Shown here in pieces: positions 27,142 through 35,869 of a DNA stretch of 64,000 bases. The first letter of the stretch is position 1, and every line of letters begins with the position of its first letter. Below the pieces are notes generated by a model. The model worked only from the letters and a program-made list of their open reading frames with translations. It was not told the DNA's origin and ran no database searches. This DNA is from Minisyncoccota bacterium (GTDB lineage: Bacteria > Patescibacteriota > Minisyncoccia > Phycocordibacterales > Phycocordibacteraceae). The DNA lies in assembly GCA_036399335.1 (NCBI GenBank), contig DASWNF010000005.1:6069-70068 (forward strand). The letters are read 5' to 3'. The translations under genes were made by a program, and so were the position numbers.

Positions 27142-28251
27142 CTAGGCGCGCTTCTTCCGGTTCGCCGCGATATTGAGGATAATGCCCACCGACAGGAGCG
27201 TAGCCATGAGCGCCGTACCGCCGTGGCTGATGAACGGGAGCGGAAGTCCCGTAAGCGGCGCGATACCGAGGAGCGCGCCGATATTAAGGAAGGCCGAGAA
27301 AGTAATGAGGAGCGTGAGCCCGGTCGCCACCAAGAGCCCGAACATCGAGGACGCACTGCTTGCGATCATGAGCCCGCGGAGCGCAAAGGCGACAAAGAGC
27401 ATGACAAGGAGCAGGGTGCCGACGAATCCGAATTCTTCGCCGTATACGGCGAAGACGGAGTCGGACTGGGCTTCAGGAAGATAGTTGAATTTCTGCACGC
27501 TCTGCCCGAAGCCGCGGCCGGTAAGCCCGCCTGAGCCGATGGCGATGAGCGACTGCTGGATGTGGTACCCCGCCGCCTGGGGGGCTGCCGACGGGTCGAT
27601 GAAGGTCTGCACGCGCGCCATGAGGTACGGGCGCATGAAGACGAGCACGGTAAGTGCGGCGACGGAGACGGCGCCGAGGATGAGGAAGTCGCGCCACGGC
27701 GCCCCTGCAAGGAAATACATCGACGCGCATGTTGCGCCGATGATGAGTACGGTTGAGGTGTTCGGCTGCGCGAGGAGGATGACGGCAGGCACGCCGACGA
27801 TAAGGCAGAACGGGACGAGCCCTTCCCTCAAGTCCTTGATTCGCGGCCCGGCCTTGGCGAGGAAAGCTGCGAGCATGAGCACGACGCCGATTTTCAAGAA
27901 CTCAGCCGGCTGGAACGTCGTGATGCCGATGTTAATCCACCGCCGCGCGCCGTTAAGCTCGAGGCCGAGCGGCGAGAAGACGGCGAGGGCGAGAAGGATA
28001 CTCGCGATATAGAACGGCAGGACAAGCGCCAAAAGCCGCTTTTGCGGCATGAGACGAAATGCGAGGAGTGCGATAAAGCCCGGGATAAGACCGAGCGTGA
28101 ACTGCGTGAGGAGGAGCTTCCAGGGTGAAGCGTCGGCGCGTGCGAGGAGCCCGAGCGAAGCCGACGAGAAGAGTGCGAGCCCGGCAACGACCAGGGTCAG
28201 CACGATGATGGCAAAGACGCGGTCGCCGGAGGCTTTCATGTTGCATATCAT
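27142..28251 (-). CDS. ftsW: peptidoglycan glycosyltransferase FtsW/RodA (SEDS family)
   Basis: 369 aa, 10 TM, SEDS conserved blocks (GARRWI, FQPAEF...). Confidence 0.88.
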   Translation of the reverse strand: MICNMKASGDRVFAIIVLTLVVAGLALFSSASLGLLARADASPWKLLLTQFTLGLIPGFIALLAFRLMPQKRLLALVLPFYIASILLALAVFSPLGLELNGARRWINIGITTFQPAEFLKIGVVLMLAAFLAKAGPRIKDLREGLVPFCLIVGVPAVILLAQPNTSTVLIIGATCASMYFLAGAPWRDFLILGAVSVAALTVLVFMRPYLMARVQTFIDPSAAPQAAGYHIQQSLIAIGSGGLTGRGFGQSVQKFNYLPEAQSDSVFAVYGEEFGFVGTLLLVMLFVAFALRGLMIASSASSMFGLLVATGLTLLITFSAFLNIGALLGIAPLTGLPLPFISHGGTALMATLLSVGIILNIAANRKKRA

Positions 28252-28419
28252 AGCGCATCCCCAGGGAACTCAATCTTCCTTGGAATCGCACCGCATAGTG
28301 ACGCTCTAAACAATAGTGAACCTAAGGCCCCTTGATTCGTGGCCCTGGGGCAAGGGCGGCATATGAGGAATTGACTGACCTACGAACACTGTTATGGTAG
28401 CCAGCATACGTGTAGACCA

Positions 28420-28998
28420 ATGGAGGATGGCATGTATCTCACGATTCATGGCGTTGAACGTATCCAGGGTCGCACGCAGATGCTGATCAAGGATGTTCTT
28501 TCGCTCATCGAAAATAAGAAAGTAGTTGAATTGGGCACGGACGGCAGGTTCGATTACCTGCTCTTCTACTCTGCTCCCGACCGTTCCTGTAAGATCGCCG
28601 TCGTCACTAAAGACCGCGTGAAGCTGGTGTCCGTTTGGCACAGATATTTCCGATTCCCTATAGGTATATGCCTGACGAAGGAAAAGGAAGCCGAGGCACG
28701 CATCCTCGCGGTGTCCCGCACGCTTCGGGCGGAAATCCATGTGTACAAGGACGGAAGTGAAGAGTTCGTCCTTAAAGCCGGGACAATCAACGTCCAGCGC
28801 GGTTTACACGAGATTACGGCCCTGGCTGCGGTCGCGTCCCAAATGCAGGCACTCGTGGATGTCGTCGAGGAAAACAGGAGCCGGATTAAAGGCCGGGTCA
28901 AGTATCGAATATATATGTTTGACGGCGATAACGTGCGTTTCAATTACGAGTTCCGACATTCGACCGCAGTACGCTTGCTTGCAGCCAGCAAGACTTAA
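28420..28998 (+). CDS. hypothetical protein (opposite-strand ORFan inside dcw cluster)
   Basis: 192 aa (or from MYLTIHG), GGAGG SD, followed by hairpin terminator. Confidence 0.4.
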   Translation: MEDGMYLTIHGVERIQGRTQMLIKDVLSLIENKKVVELGTDGRFDYLLFYSAPDRSCKIAVVTKDRVKLVSVWHRYFRFPIGICLTKEKEAEARILAVSRTLRAEIHVYKDGSEEFVLKAGTINVQRGLHEITALAAVASQMQALVDVVEENRSRIKGRVKYRIYMFDGDNVRFNYEFRHSTAVRLLAASKT

Positions 28999-29030
28999 TC
29001 CCGCCCTCACCAGGCGGGATTTTACTATTT
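28997..29030. terminator. bidirectional hairpin AATCCCGCC-loop-GGCGGGATT with T-rich tail
   Basis: perfect 9-bp stem between convergent 28420..28998(+) and mraY(-). Confidence 0.55.
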
Positions 29031-30134
29031 CAAGAGTGCGATGGCGACGCCAAAGATGCCCGCGATGATGGTGATGATCCAGTAGCGCATCGTAACCTTG
29101 TACGAAGGCCAGCCGAGGACTTCGAAGTGGTGGTGGAGCGGCGCTATATGGAACAACTTCTTCTTGAAGACCTTCTTCCAGAACATTTGGAGGATGTTCG
29201 AGGCAACCGTCGCAAAGAGCGGGAAAGCAATGATGGGGAGGACGGCGATACCCACCCCTTCCCCAAGCACGTCAGCCGAGAAAGCGACGACGGTGAGCGT
29301 GAGCGTGAGCGCCATGGATCCGGTCTCGGTCATCCAGAAGCGGGCGGGCGGGATGTTGAACCAGAGGAAGGCAAAGGTGGCACCTGATACTGTTGCGCAG
29401 AAGGCGCCAAGCGCGACCTGGTTCTGCGCGAAGGCGATGGCCGCGTATGACATGAAGATGATGGCGAAGATGCCGCCCGAGAGCCCGTCGATGCCGTCAA
29501 TTACGCCCGAGGCGTAGACGACGAGGGCGACGAGGATGAAGAACGGTATGAAAAAGAGGCCGAGTGGCAGGACGCCGAGGAACGGGATACCGACGGCCGC
29601 AACGCCGAGCTTCGCATAGAACCACCAGGCGATGAAGCCCGAAATGAGGACGACGGCAATAAGCCGGTAGCGAAGCGAGATGCCTCGCGCATCCGGCGTC
29701 GTAACGTCGAGCAAGTCATTCAAGAAGCCCACAAAGGCACCGGTAATGAGCGCAAACAAAGGAAGCCAGGTCTGGCCGCGGGTTACGAAGTTCAGGCGCG
29801 TAAACGAGCCGTCGAGCATCAGCGCGAGGAGTGAGAATACCGAAGCCGTAATAAGTACCGACGCCCAAATGACGATGCCGCCCATGCGCGGCGTCTGCCC
29901 TTCCTGTGCCTGGTGGAGCTTGTTGAAGTTCTCGGCCTCGCGGCCGTCGAGCGCTATCTTTCCCGTCTTCTTCTTCCACACCTCGTGCTTATACAGGTAA
30001 TGCGTAAGGACGGGCGTCAGCAGTATGCCGACCACGAAGCTCATCACGAACGGGATGAGGATGCGCGCGGCTTCGTAAGTGAAAACGTCCATGTTATTGC
30101 GAAGCGCCGGCGAAGTACTCGTGGGTAGCGTCAA
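29025..30134 (-). CDS. mraY: phospho-N-acetylmuramoyl-pentapeptide transferase MraY
   Basis: 369 aa; 10 TM, conserved DD..D and NxxNxxDGIDGL motif (VIDGIDGLSGG), HHHFE motif. Confidence 0.92.
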   Translation of the reverse strand: MTLPTSTSPALRNNMDVFTYEAARILIPFVMSFVVGILLTPVLTHYLYKHEVWKKKTGKIALDGREAENFNKLHQAQEGQTPRMGGIVIWASVLITASVFSLLALMLDGSFTRLNFVTRGQTWLPLFALITGAFVGFLNDLLDVTTPDARGISLRYRLIAVVLISGFIAWWFYAKLGVAAVGIPFLGVLPLGLFFIPFFILVALVVYASGVIDGIDGLSGGIFAIIFMSYAAIAFAQNQVALGAFCATVSGATFAFLWFNIPPARFWMTETGSMALTLTLTVVAFSADVLGEGVGIAVLPIIAFPLFATVASNILQMFWKKVFKKKLFHIAPLHHHFEVLGWPSYKVTMRYWIITIIAGIFGVAIALLK

Positions 30135-31041
30135 TCAGACGGTTCACGTCGCTGAACCTCCCTTCCCGTGTCGAGCCGAGGACGACTACGGCCACTGGGT
30201 GCCCTATGCCCACATCGAAGACGACGACGAGGTTCCCGCCGGCAAGATCGGTGAAGCCGGTTTTCGAAAGGAGGATGCCCGGCACCGTCACCACGCCCTG
30301 GTTCGTGTTCGGGAGCGAGCGCGCCATGCCCGTGCCGCTGTATATGGTGACCGATGATTCGGTCGTCGCGCTCGCCAGATCCGGGGATTTCTTAAGGAGC
30401 GCTCCCGCAAGGAGCGCCATATCGCGTGCGCTGCCGTAACCGCCCGATTGGCTCGTGCTTATGTCGAGGCCGGAACCGTTGACGGCATAGGTTTTCGTAA
30501 GCCCCACGCTAGCTGCCGTGCCGGAGAGCGCTTCCTTCATGGTCGTGCCCCGGCGCGCTGCCGCCTCTTCGGCGATGGCTTCGGCTGCGTCGTTCGAGGA
30601 CGCGACGAGCGCGAAGCGTGCAAGGTCGCGGAAGCTGTACGTCTCACCCACCAAAAGCCCGCTCTCCCCTTCGGCCGCTATCGCGCTTGCGGACATCGTG
30701 ATGACCGTACTTGGTGAAAATGCAGACGCGCCGGCGTAAACCGAAAGGAGCTTCGTAAGCGAGGCGAGCGGAAGCTGGCGGTCGGCGTTCTCCGAGTAGA
30801 GGGTTTGGCCGTTTGAGAGGTCGTAGACGATAGCTGCCTGTCCGGTGAGGTTGATGCCCATGAAGGCGTTCGGGGCCACCGGCGTGGTCGTAGCGACCGG
30901 GTGCGGGGCTGTAATGGGTACCGGGAGCGCGTCCGTACGCTTCCCGTAAGCAACGACAAGTAACGCAATGGCCGCAAGCAATACAAGCCCGGCTACGGGC
31001 TTCCAGGCCTTTTTCAAATTAAAGGAAATACGTCGGCTCAT
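30094..31041 (-). CDS. D-alanyl-D-alanine carboxypeptidase (S11, PBP5-like)
   Basis: 315 aa; signal/TM, SxxK (SLTKLLS), SxN (SSND), KTG (SKTGFT). Confidence 0.85.
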   Translation of the reverse strand: MSRRISFNLKKAWKPVAGLVLLAAIALLVVAYGKRTDALPVPITAPHPVATTTPVAPNAFMGINLTGQAAIVYDLSNGQTLYSENADRQLPLASLTKLLSVYAGASAFSPSTVITMSASAIAAEGESGLLVGETYSFRDLARFALVASSNDAAEAIAEEAAARRGTTMKEALSGTAASVGLTKTYAVNGSGLDISTSQSGGYGSARDMALLAGALLKKSPDLASATTESSVTIYSGTGMARSLPNTNQGVVTVPGILLSKTGFTDLAGGNLVVVFDVGIGHPVAVVVLGSTREGRFSDVNRLIDATHEYFAGASQ

Positions 31042-31604
31042 GGTGCAGCTTCAGGTGCGGTTGCGGCTTCTTCGGCCTCGGTGCGGCGGCTGGCGAGCGC
31101 GCCGGCAAATTCCCCGTATCGCGGCAGGGCTTCCTTATGGGAGATGCCGAGGTGTGCGAGCGCATCGATGGTTGCCGTGTACCGGGCGCGGCGCTTGTCG
31201 GCGGCATCTTCGCCGCGTTCGATGAGCCCGCGCATGAGAAGTGAACGGATGGCTGCCGTTGAATTAACCCCGCGTACCCAATCGATGTCGCTACGGGTCG
31301 CGCCGCCCTGGTAGAGGATGATGGCGAGGGTCTCGAGGCCTGCCTTGCCGAGGTCGCGCGACAGCTCGCTTTCGCGAAGCGTCTTTATGACCGGTGCTGC
31401 GTCCGGATGGGTACGGAGCTCGACTTCCGTGTCGGTCTCGATGAGTGCTAGTCCGTGCGAAGCCAGCTGCCCGCCAAGCTCAACAAGCCCGGCCGCGAGC
31501 ATCGCCTCCGGAATGCCGAGGAGCGCGACGAGGCGCTTCTTCTGCATCGGCTCGCCGTGGGCAAAGAGCACGGCCTCAATCGTCGCGGGAAGTGAGAGGG
31601 TCAT
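31038..31604 (-). CDS. scpB: segregation and condensation protein B
   Basis: 188 aa, tandem winged-helix ScpB pattern; overlaps downstream gene start by 4 nt. Confidence 0.85.
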   Translation of the reverse strand: MTLSLPATIEAVLFAHGEPMQKKRLVALLGIPEAMLAAGLVELGGQLASHGLALIETDTEVELRTHPDAAPVIKTLRESELSRDLGKAGLETLAIILYQGGATRSDIDWVRGVNSTAAIRSLLMRGLIERGEDAADKRRARYTATIDALAHLGISHKEALPRYGEFAGALASRRTEAEEAATAPEAAP

Positions 31605-31652
31605 GGATAGTATCCAGGATACCCCACCTCTCCCCTCTAGAAAACCCTCTCC

Positions 31653-32903
31653 TTATTTAAGTGCGTTCGCTACTGCGCCCCTGAAGAACTCTTCCGTATA
31701 GTCGCGCCCCATCTTCCAAAGCTGCTTCATGGTCGGGGTTCGTCCCGGGCGGTAGAGTTCGGTATAGGGGTTTTCCTTCCCGATGACGAGGTCGCGCGCC
31801 ATCATGGCCGTGATGACCCCGTACGTCATTCCGTTCCCGGAGAAGGCCGTCGCGACGATGCGGTGCGAGTCGTATTCGCCGATGAAGGCGAGGCCGTCGA
31901 CTGGTTCCTCGATAGGCCCCGACCACATGCGCACGACGGGGTATTTCTTACCGAAGAGGTCTTCGGCATAGCCGAGGAGCGCCTCGAAGCTCTTCTTATG
32001 CATGGGGATCTCCTTCCGGTGGTCTTCACCGCCGAGAACGACGCGATCCTTGCCCCGCATGCCCTTTCCGGAATCGACGCGGAAATAGTGGTACGGGTTG
32101 TCCTGGTCTTCGTATATGCCTTCGGGATACTTCCCTTTCGGTACCTCAAGCTCGACGACATGCGTGATGTACATGCCCTTCTTAAGGAATACCTCCTTCG
32201 GGTTATTGAATGGGTGGTAGGTCGACGTGAGGGCCCAATCGGCCGAGACCGTATGGCTGCCGACGCGCGCCTTGAGCGGCAGGTCGCCGTCGATGTCCTT
32301 CACTTCGGACTTTTCATAAATGCGCACGCCCATGCGCTCGAGCGCGGGCAGGATGCCGGCGAGGAATTTGAGCGGATGGTATTTCGCCTGTTTGGGGATG
32401 GCGAGCACGCCGCGGTTCCCGAAGCCGAGCGTCGTGCTGTCGGAAAGGGTCGCCCGGATGCCGATTTGCTTCAGCGCCGCGTATTCTTCCTCTATTTCGC
32501 GGCGCTCCTTGCGGTCGTTCGCGTATTGGAAGTTAGGGCACCGCATGAATTCACAGTCGATCTTCTCCTTCTTGATGATCCGCTCGATGAATTCAATGGC
32601 TTCACCGTGCGATTGCCACACGAGCTGGGCATCCTCCTTGCCGTACATGTCGATGAGGTCGGGCGTATCGACGTCTATTGATTGGGTAATAAAGGCCGTC
32701 GTGCGGGGCGTTGTCTGCGACAAGACGCGCTGTTTCTCGAGGACCACTACGTTCTTGCCCGCTTCAGCGAGCGCGTAAGCGGAAAGGAGGCCGGCGATGC
32801 CTGCGCCAATGACGACGACATCGGCTTCCGTATCGCCCGTGAGTTTCGGGAAGCTCGGGATGTCTATGTCTGCCTGCCAGGTGGTTTCAGCGTTGTTTTT
32901 CAT
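31653..32903 (-). CDS. FAD-dependent oxidoreductase (DAO-like)
   Basis: 416 aa; dinucleotide fold VVVIGAGIAGLLSAYALAEAGKNVVVLE. Confidence 0.8.
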   Translation of the reverse strand: MKNNAETTWQADIDIPSFPKLTGDTEADVVVIGAGIAGLLSAYALAEAGKNVVVLEKQRVLSQTTPRTTAFITQSIDVDTPDLIDMYGKEDAQLVWQSHGEAIEFIERIIKKEKIDCEFMRCPNFQYANDRKERREIEEEYAALKQIGIRATLSDSTTLGFGNRGVLAIPKQAKYHPLKFLAGILPALERMGVRIYEKSEVKDIDGDLPLKARVGSHTVSADWALTSTYHPFNNPKEVFLKKGMYITHVVELEVPKGKYPEGIYEDQDNPYHYFRVDSGKGMRGKDRVVLGGEDHRKEIPMHKKSFEALLGYAEDLFGKKYPVVRMWSGPIEEPVDGLAFIGEYDSHRIVATAFSGNGMTYGVITAMMARDLVIGKENPYTELYRPGRTPTMKQLWKMGRDYTEEFFRGAVANALK

Positions 32904-32984
32904 ATGCTCCCAGTGTATGCACTTCGCATGAATGGGGCATGAGGAACGAAAAACCCCGCGCGCATCGCTGCGGGCGGGGTTGGC

Positions 32985-33404
32985 CTACGCGGCCAGGTCA
33001 AGTTCGATGTCGTCCAGTTCGATCAGCTTCAGCATGAGGCCGAGGATAATGAAGGCCACGAGCGTGAGCACGTAGAGGACGGCGAGTTCGATGCCGAGCG
33101 CGATGGCCGCTGCCGACCAGAACGCGGGTCCCGCATAGAGGCCGGCGAGCAGCGGAATGGCGACGAGCACGGCGATGGCGACCAGGCGGCTGCGCTTGCG
33201 CCAGCCGGACTCGTCGATAAACACGAAATGTGCGGCAAGGAGCGGGCTGATGATCCACTCCCACAGCTCAAGGGCGAAGAATCGGGCATCCGGGAATCTC
33301 ATCATCACAAGCTCCTGCGTGTTGACTAATGGTATGGAACCACGGAGCAGGCCGGATGTCCAGGTAAGCGCCGGGCTAGTAGCGCGGTACCGACGCGCTC
33401 GCAT
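32985..33404 (-). CDS. hypothetical four-TM membrane protein
   Basis: 139 aa, hydrophobic; overlaps scpA start region slightly. Confidence 0.4.
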   Translation of the reverse strand: MRARRYRATSPALTWTSGLLRGSIPLVNTQELVMMRFPDARFFALELWEWIISPLLAAHFVFIDESGWRKRSRLVAIAVLVAIPLLAGLYAGPAFWSAAAIALGIELAVLYVLTLVAFIILGLMLKLIELDDIELDLAA

Positions 33405-34116
33405 TCGTTATCTGGATGTCATTAAAGGCGCCTGGCTGGTCGGCTTCGACGGCTCCCTGTTTTACAAGCTCGAGGAGCGCAAGGAAAGAAACGATGACCT
33501 CTACTTTCTCGGTCTTACTTCCGGTGAACTCGGAGAATGAAAGCGTGAGCGCATGCTCGACGCGCGTACGGAGGTTGTCCATCATCTCTTCGATAGAAAC
33601 CATAGGGCGGATGCGCGCTTCGGGCAGCTTCACTTCGGCTTCGCGTGCGGCGAGCGTCTCCTCAAGGGCCTTGGCAAGGCGCGCGAGGTCGAGGTCCTTC
33701 GACGGCGCAAACATGGGCTCAGGCCTGCGCTCCCCTGCGCCGAGCATGACGGCGCGCCCGAAGATGCGCACAAGTTCGCGCGCAGCCTCGCGCGCCCGTT
33801 CGTACGCCTCAAGCCTCCGCTTTAAGTCTTCAACGTCCCCTTCTTCTTCGTGGGAAAGTTCGAGCTCGGGGAGAAGCGAGCGCGATTTAATGAGGAGGAG
33901 CGTCGCCGCGACGCTGATGAAATTTGTCGCGTCCTCCATCGGGAATTCTTCAGAGTTCCTGATGTAGGTGATGAAGTCATCCGTCACTTGCGAAAGCGAC
34001 AGTTCGTTTACGAGGAGCTTCCGTTTCTCGATGAGGTCGAGGAGCACTTCGAGCGGCCCCTCGTATTCGCCTGCGCGGACGGTGAACGCGGGATGGGATG
34101 CGGCAGCCGGTTCCAT
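33376..34116 (-). CDS. scpA: segregation and condensation protein A
   Basis: 246 aa; ScpA/kleisin N- and C-terminal winged-helix pattern (EGPLEVLLDLIEKRKL...). Confidence 0.85.
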   Translation of the reverse strand: MEPAAASHPAFTVRAGEYEGPLEVLLDLIEKRKLLVNELSLSQVTDDFITYIRNSEEFPMEDATNFISVAATLLLIKSRSLLPELELSHEEEGDVEDLKRRLEAYERAREAARELVRIFGRAVMLGAGERRPEPMFAPSKDLDLARLAKALEETLAAREAEVKLPEARIRPMVSIEEMMDNLRTRVEHALTLSFSEFTGSKTEKVEVIVSFLALLELVKQGAVEADQPGAFNDIQITNASASVPRY

Positions 34117-34120
34117 ATCC

Positions 34121-34438
34121 CTATCGTAACTCGAACGGGTGCACTTCTATGGCCGGTTCCTCATTTGGGTGCGCATCCTTTACCGCCTTGATGACGGCGT
34201 CGACCTGTCCTTCCTCGCACCAGGTCTGTATCTGCACGGCATCGGTGATGGTGAGCCCGCCCGCCTCTCCTAATGTCGGGTCCGCGTCCTCAGTCGCATA
34301 AAATTGCGCCTTGCCGTGTGTCATGAACTGGCAGTTACGGTAGTTGCCTATCTTCCCCACGCCCGCAGAGCCGAGCGCTTCGCGCACCGTAGCCTCGTGG
34401 GTCGTTTGCACGATGATGGATAGTTTGACTACCTTCAT
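34121..34438 (-). CDS. small PII-like protein resembling the inserted domain of NIF3/YqfO proteins
   Basis: 105 aa from MKVVKLSII; IGNYRNCQF..G.AQF...GEAGGL...AHPNEEPA pattern recalls NIF3 insert domain; start chosen at internal Met. Confidence 0.4.
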   Translation of the reverse strand: MKVVKLSIIVQTTHEATVREALGSAGVGKIGNYRNCQFMTHGKAQFYATEDADPTLGEAGGLTITDAVQIQTWCEEGQVDAVIKAVKDAHPNEEPAIEVHPFELR

Positions 34439-34440
34439 GG

Positions 34441-35868
34441 CTATTTCCCTTCCCAGCTCTCGATGAAGGAGATGAGGAAGCGTACGGGCGTGCCGATGGC
34501 TCCCTTGGAGAGTTCTTCCCCGGGTGCGGGCGTCATGCGCGGCGCGATATCGAGGTGCGCCCACGGGCACTTCAACTCCTTGGCGAATTGCCAGAGGAAG
34601 ATGGCGCCGTTCGAGGCTCCCCCGAATTTCCCGCCGCCGATCTCGTGGTTCTTAAGGTCTGCAAAATCGCTCTTTACTGATGCCTCGTATTCGTCCCATA
34701 GCGGAAGCCGCCACAGGTAGTCCCCGCTCAACTCGCCGAGCGCGAGGAACTGGTCGGCGAGGGCGTCGTCACGGGTCATGAGGCCGCTCGCGTAGTGGCC
34801 GAGCGCGATGTGCGCCGCGCCCGTAAGGGTGGCGACATCAACGACGACGGCGGGGTCGAAGCGCTTCGCATAGGTGAGCGCATCTGAAAGGACGAGCCGT
34901 CCTTCGGCATCGGTGTCGGTGACCTCGATGGTCTTTCCGGAAAGGGATTTCAATATGTCACCCGGACGAAGCGCGTCATGCCCAACCATGTTCTCTGCCG
35001 ACGGTATGAGGCCGATGACATTACGCTTCACCTTAAGGCGCGCAGCGAGTGCGACGGCATGTATGACGGCAGCAGCGCCTGACATATCCATATGCATCTC
35101 ATATATGGATGCTGAGGGCTTTATGTTAATGCCCCCCGAGTCGAATGTTATGCCCTTCCCGGCGAGGACGATGGGCCTTGTCTTGCCGCCACCGCGGTAT
35201 TCCATGACGGTGAAGGTTGGCTCGTGTGCCGAGCCGCGACCGACTCCGAGGATGGCACCCATCCCGAGTTTCTCCATCTCGCGGCGGCCCAAGGTCGTAA
35301 CCTTCACGGGAAGGCCTTTAACGGATGCCTTCGCCGCTGCCCCTAAAAGGCGGGGCGTCATGTCGCCGCCGGGGGTGTTTGCAAGTTCGCGGGTCGCGTT
35401 TACGGCGCGCCCGATCTCTTGCCCGCGCTTTACCGCTACCTCTATGGATTTCGAGGACTCTCCGCACGCGAGGACGTCCGTAATGCCCGGCCAGCCGTTC
35501 TTGGGCGCTGTCTTGAAAGTGGTGAAATCAAAGTTCGCCATCTCGAAGTTCGTGCCGACGATTTCCGCTATCTGTTCCGGGCTCAGGTGTTGCAGGTTCG
35601 TAAAGAGCTTTGGCGTCCGGTCGAACTGCATCGCGAACTTCTTGTACTTGGCGGCCTTGGCGGCGCGTACCATGCTGCGACAGAGCGTAACGAAGCGCCG
35701 CTGGTTCATGTCTGCTGCCTTGCCCGCACCGAGTTCGAGCCACTCTACGCCTTTCTCGCCCGCACCCTCGCGGATAATGCGCTTGGTTCCTCGGTCTTCT
35801 TCCGTGAGCCGGATGCGGAGGTACCCTGCCGGAGCCTTGTCGATGTCTTTGCCGAAGGTGATGTTCAT
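34441..35868 (-). CDS. pepA: leucyl aminopeptidase (M17)
   Basis: 475 aa; signature VTDTDAEGRLVLSDAL (NTDAEGRL), metal ligands conserved. Confidence 0.9.
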   Translation of the reverse strand: MNITFGKDIDKAPAGYLRIRLTEEDRGTKRIIREGAGEKGVEWLELGAGKAADMNQRRFVTLCRSMVRAAKAAKYKKFAMQFDRTPKLFTNLQHLSPEQIAEIVGTNFEMANFDFTTFKTAPKNGWPGITDVLACGESSKSIEVAVKRGQEIGRAVNATRELANTPGGDMTPRLLGAAAKASVKGLPVKVTTLGRREMEKLGMGAILGVGRGSAHEPTFTVMEYRGGGKTRPIVLAGKGITFDSGGINIKPSASIYEMHMDMSGAAAVIHAVALAARLKVKRNVIGLIPSAENMVGHDALRPGDILKSLSGKTIEVTDTDAEGRLVLSDALTYAKRFDPAVVVDVATLTGAAHIALGHYASGLMTRDDALADQFLALGELSGDYLWRLPLWDEYEASVKSDFADLKNHEIGGGKFGGASNGAIFLWQFAKELKCPWAHLDIAPRMTPAPGEELSKGAIGTPVRFLISFIESWEGK

Positions 35869-35869
35869 G

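Noticed and set aside
26703-27356. N-terminal 72-aa extension of the NUDIX ORF
   Set aside because: Extension is R/S-rich antisense-like sequence overlapping ftsW; Nudix fold starts at MEPRKG (27140).
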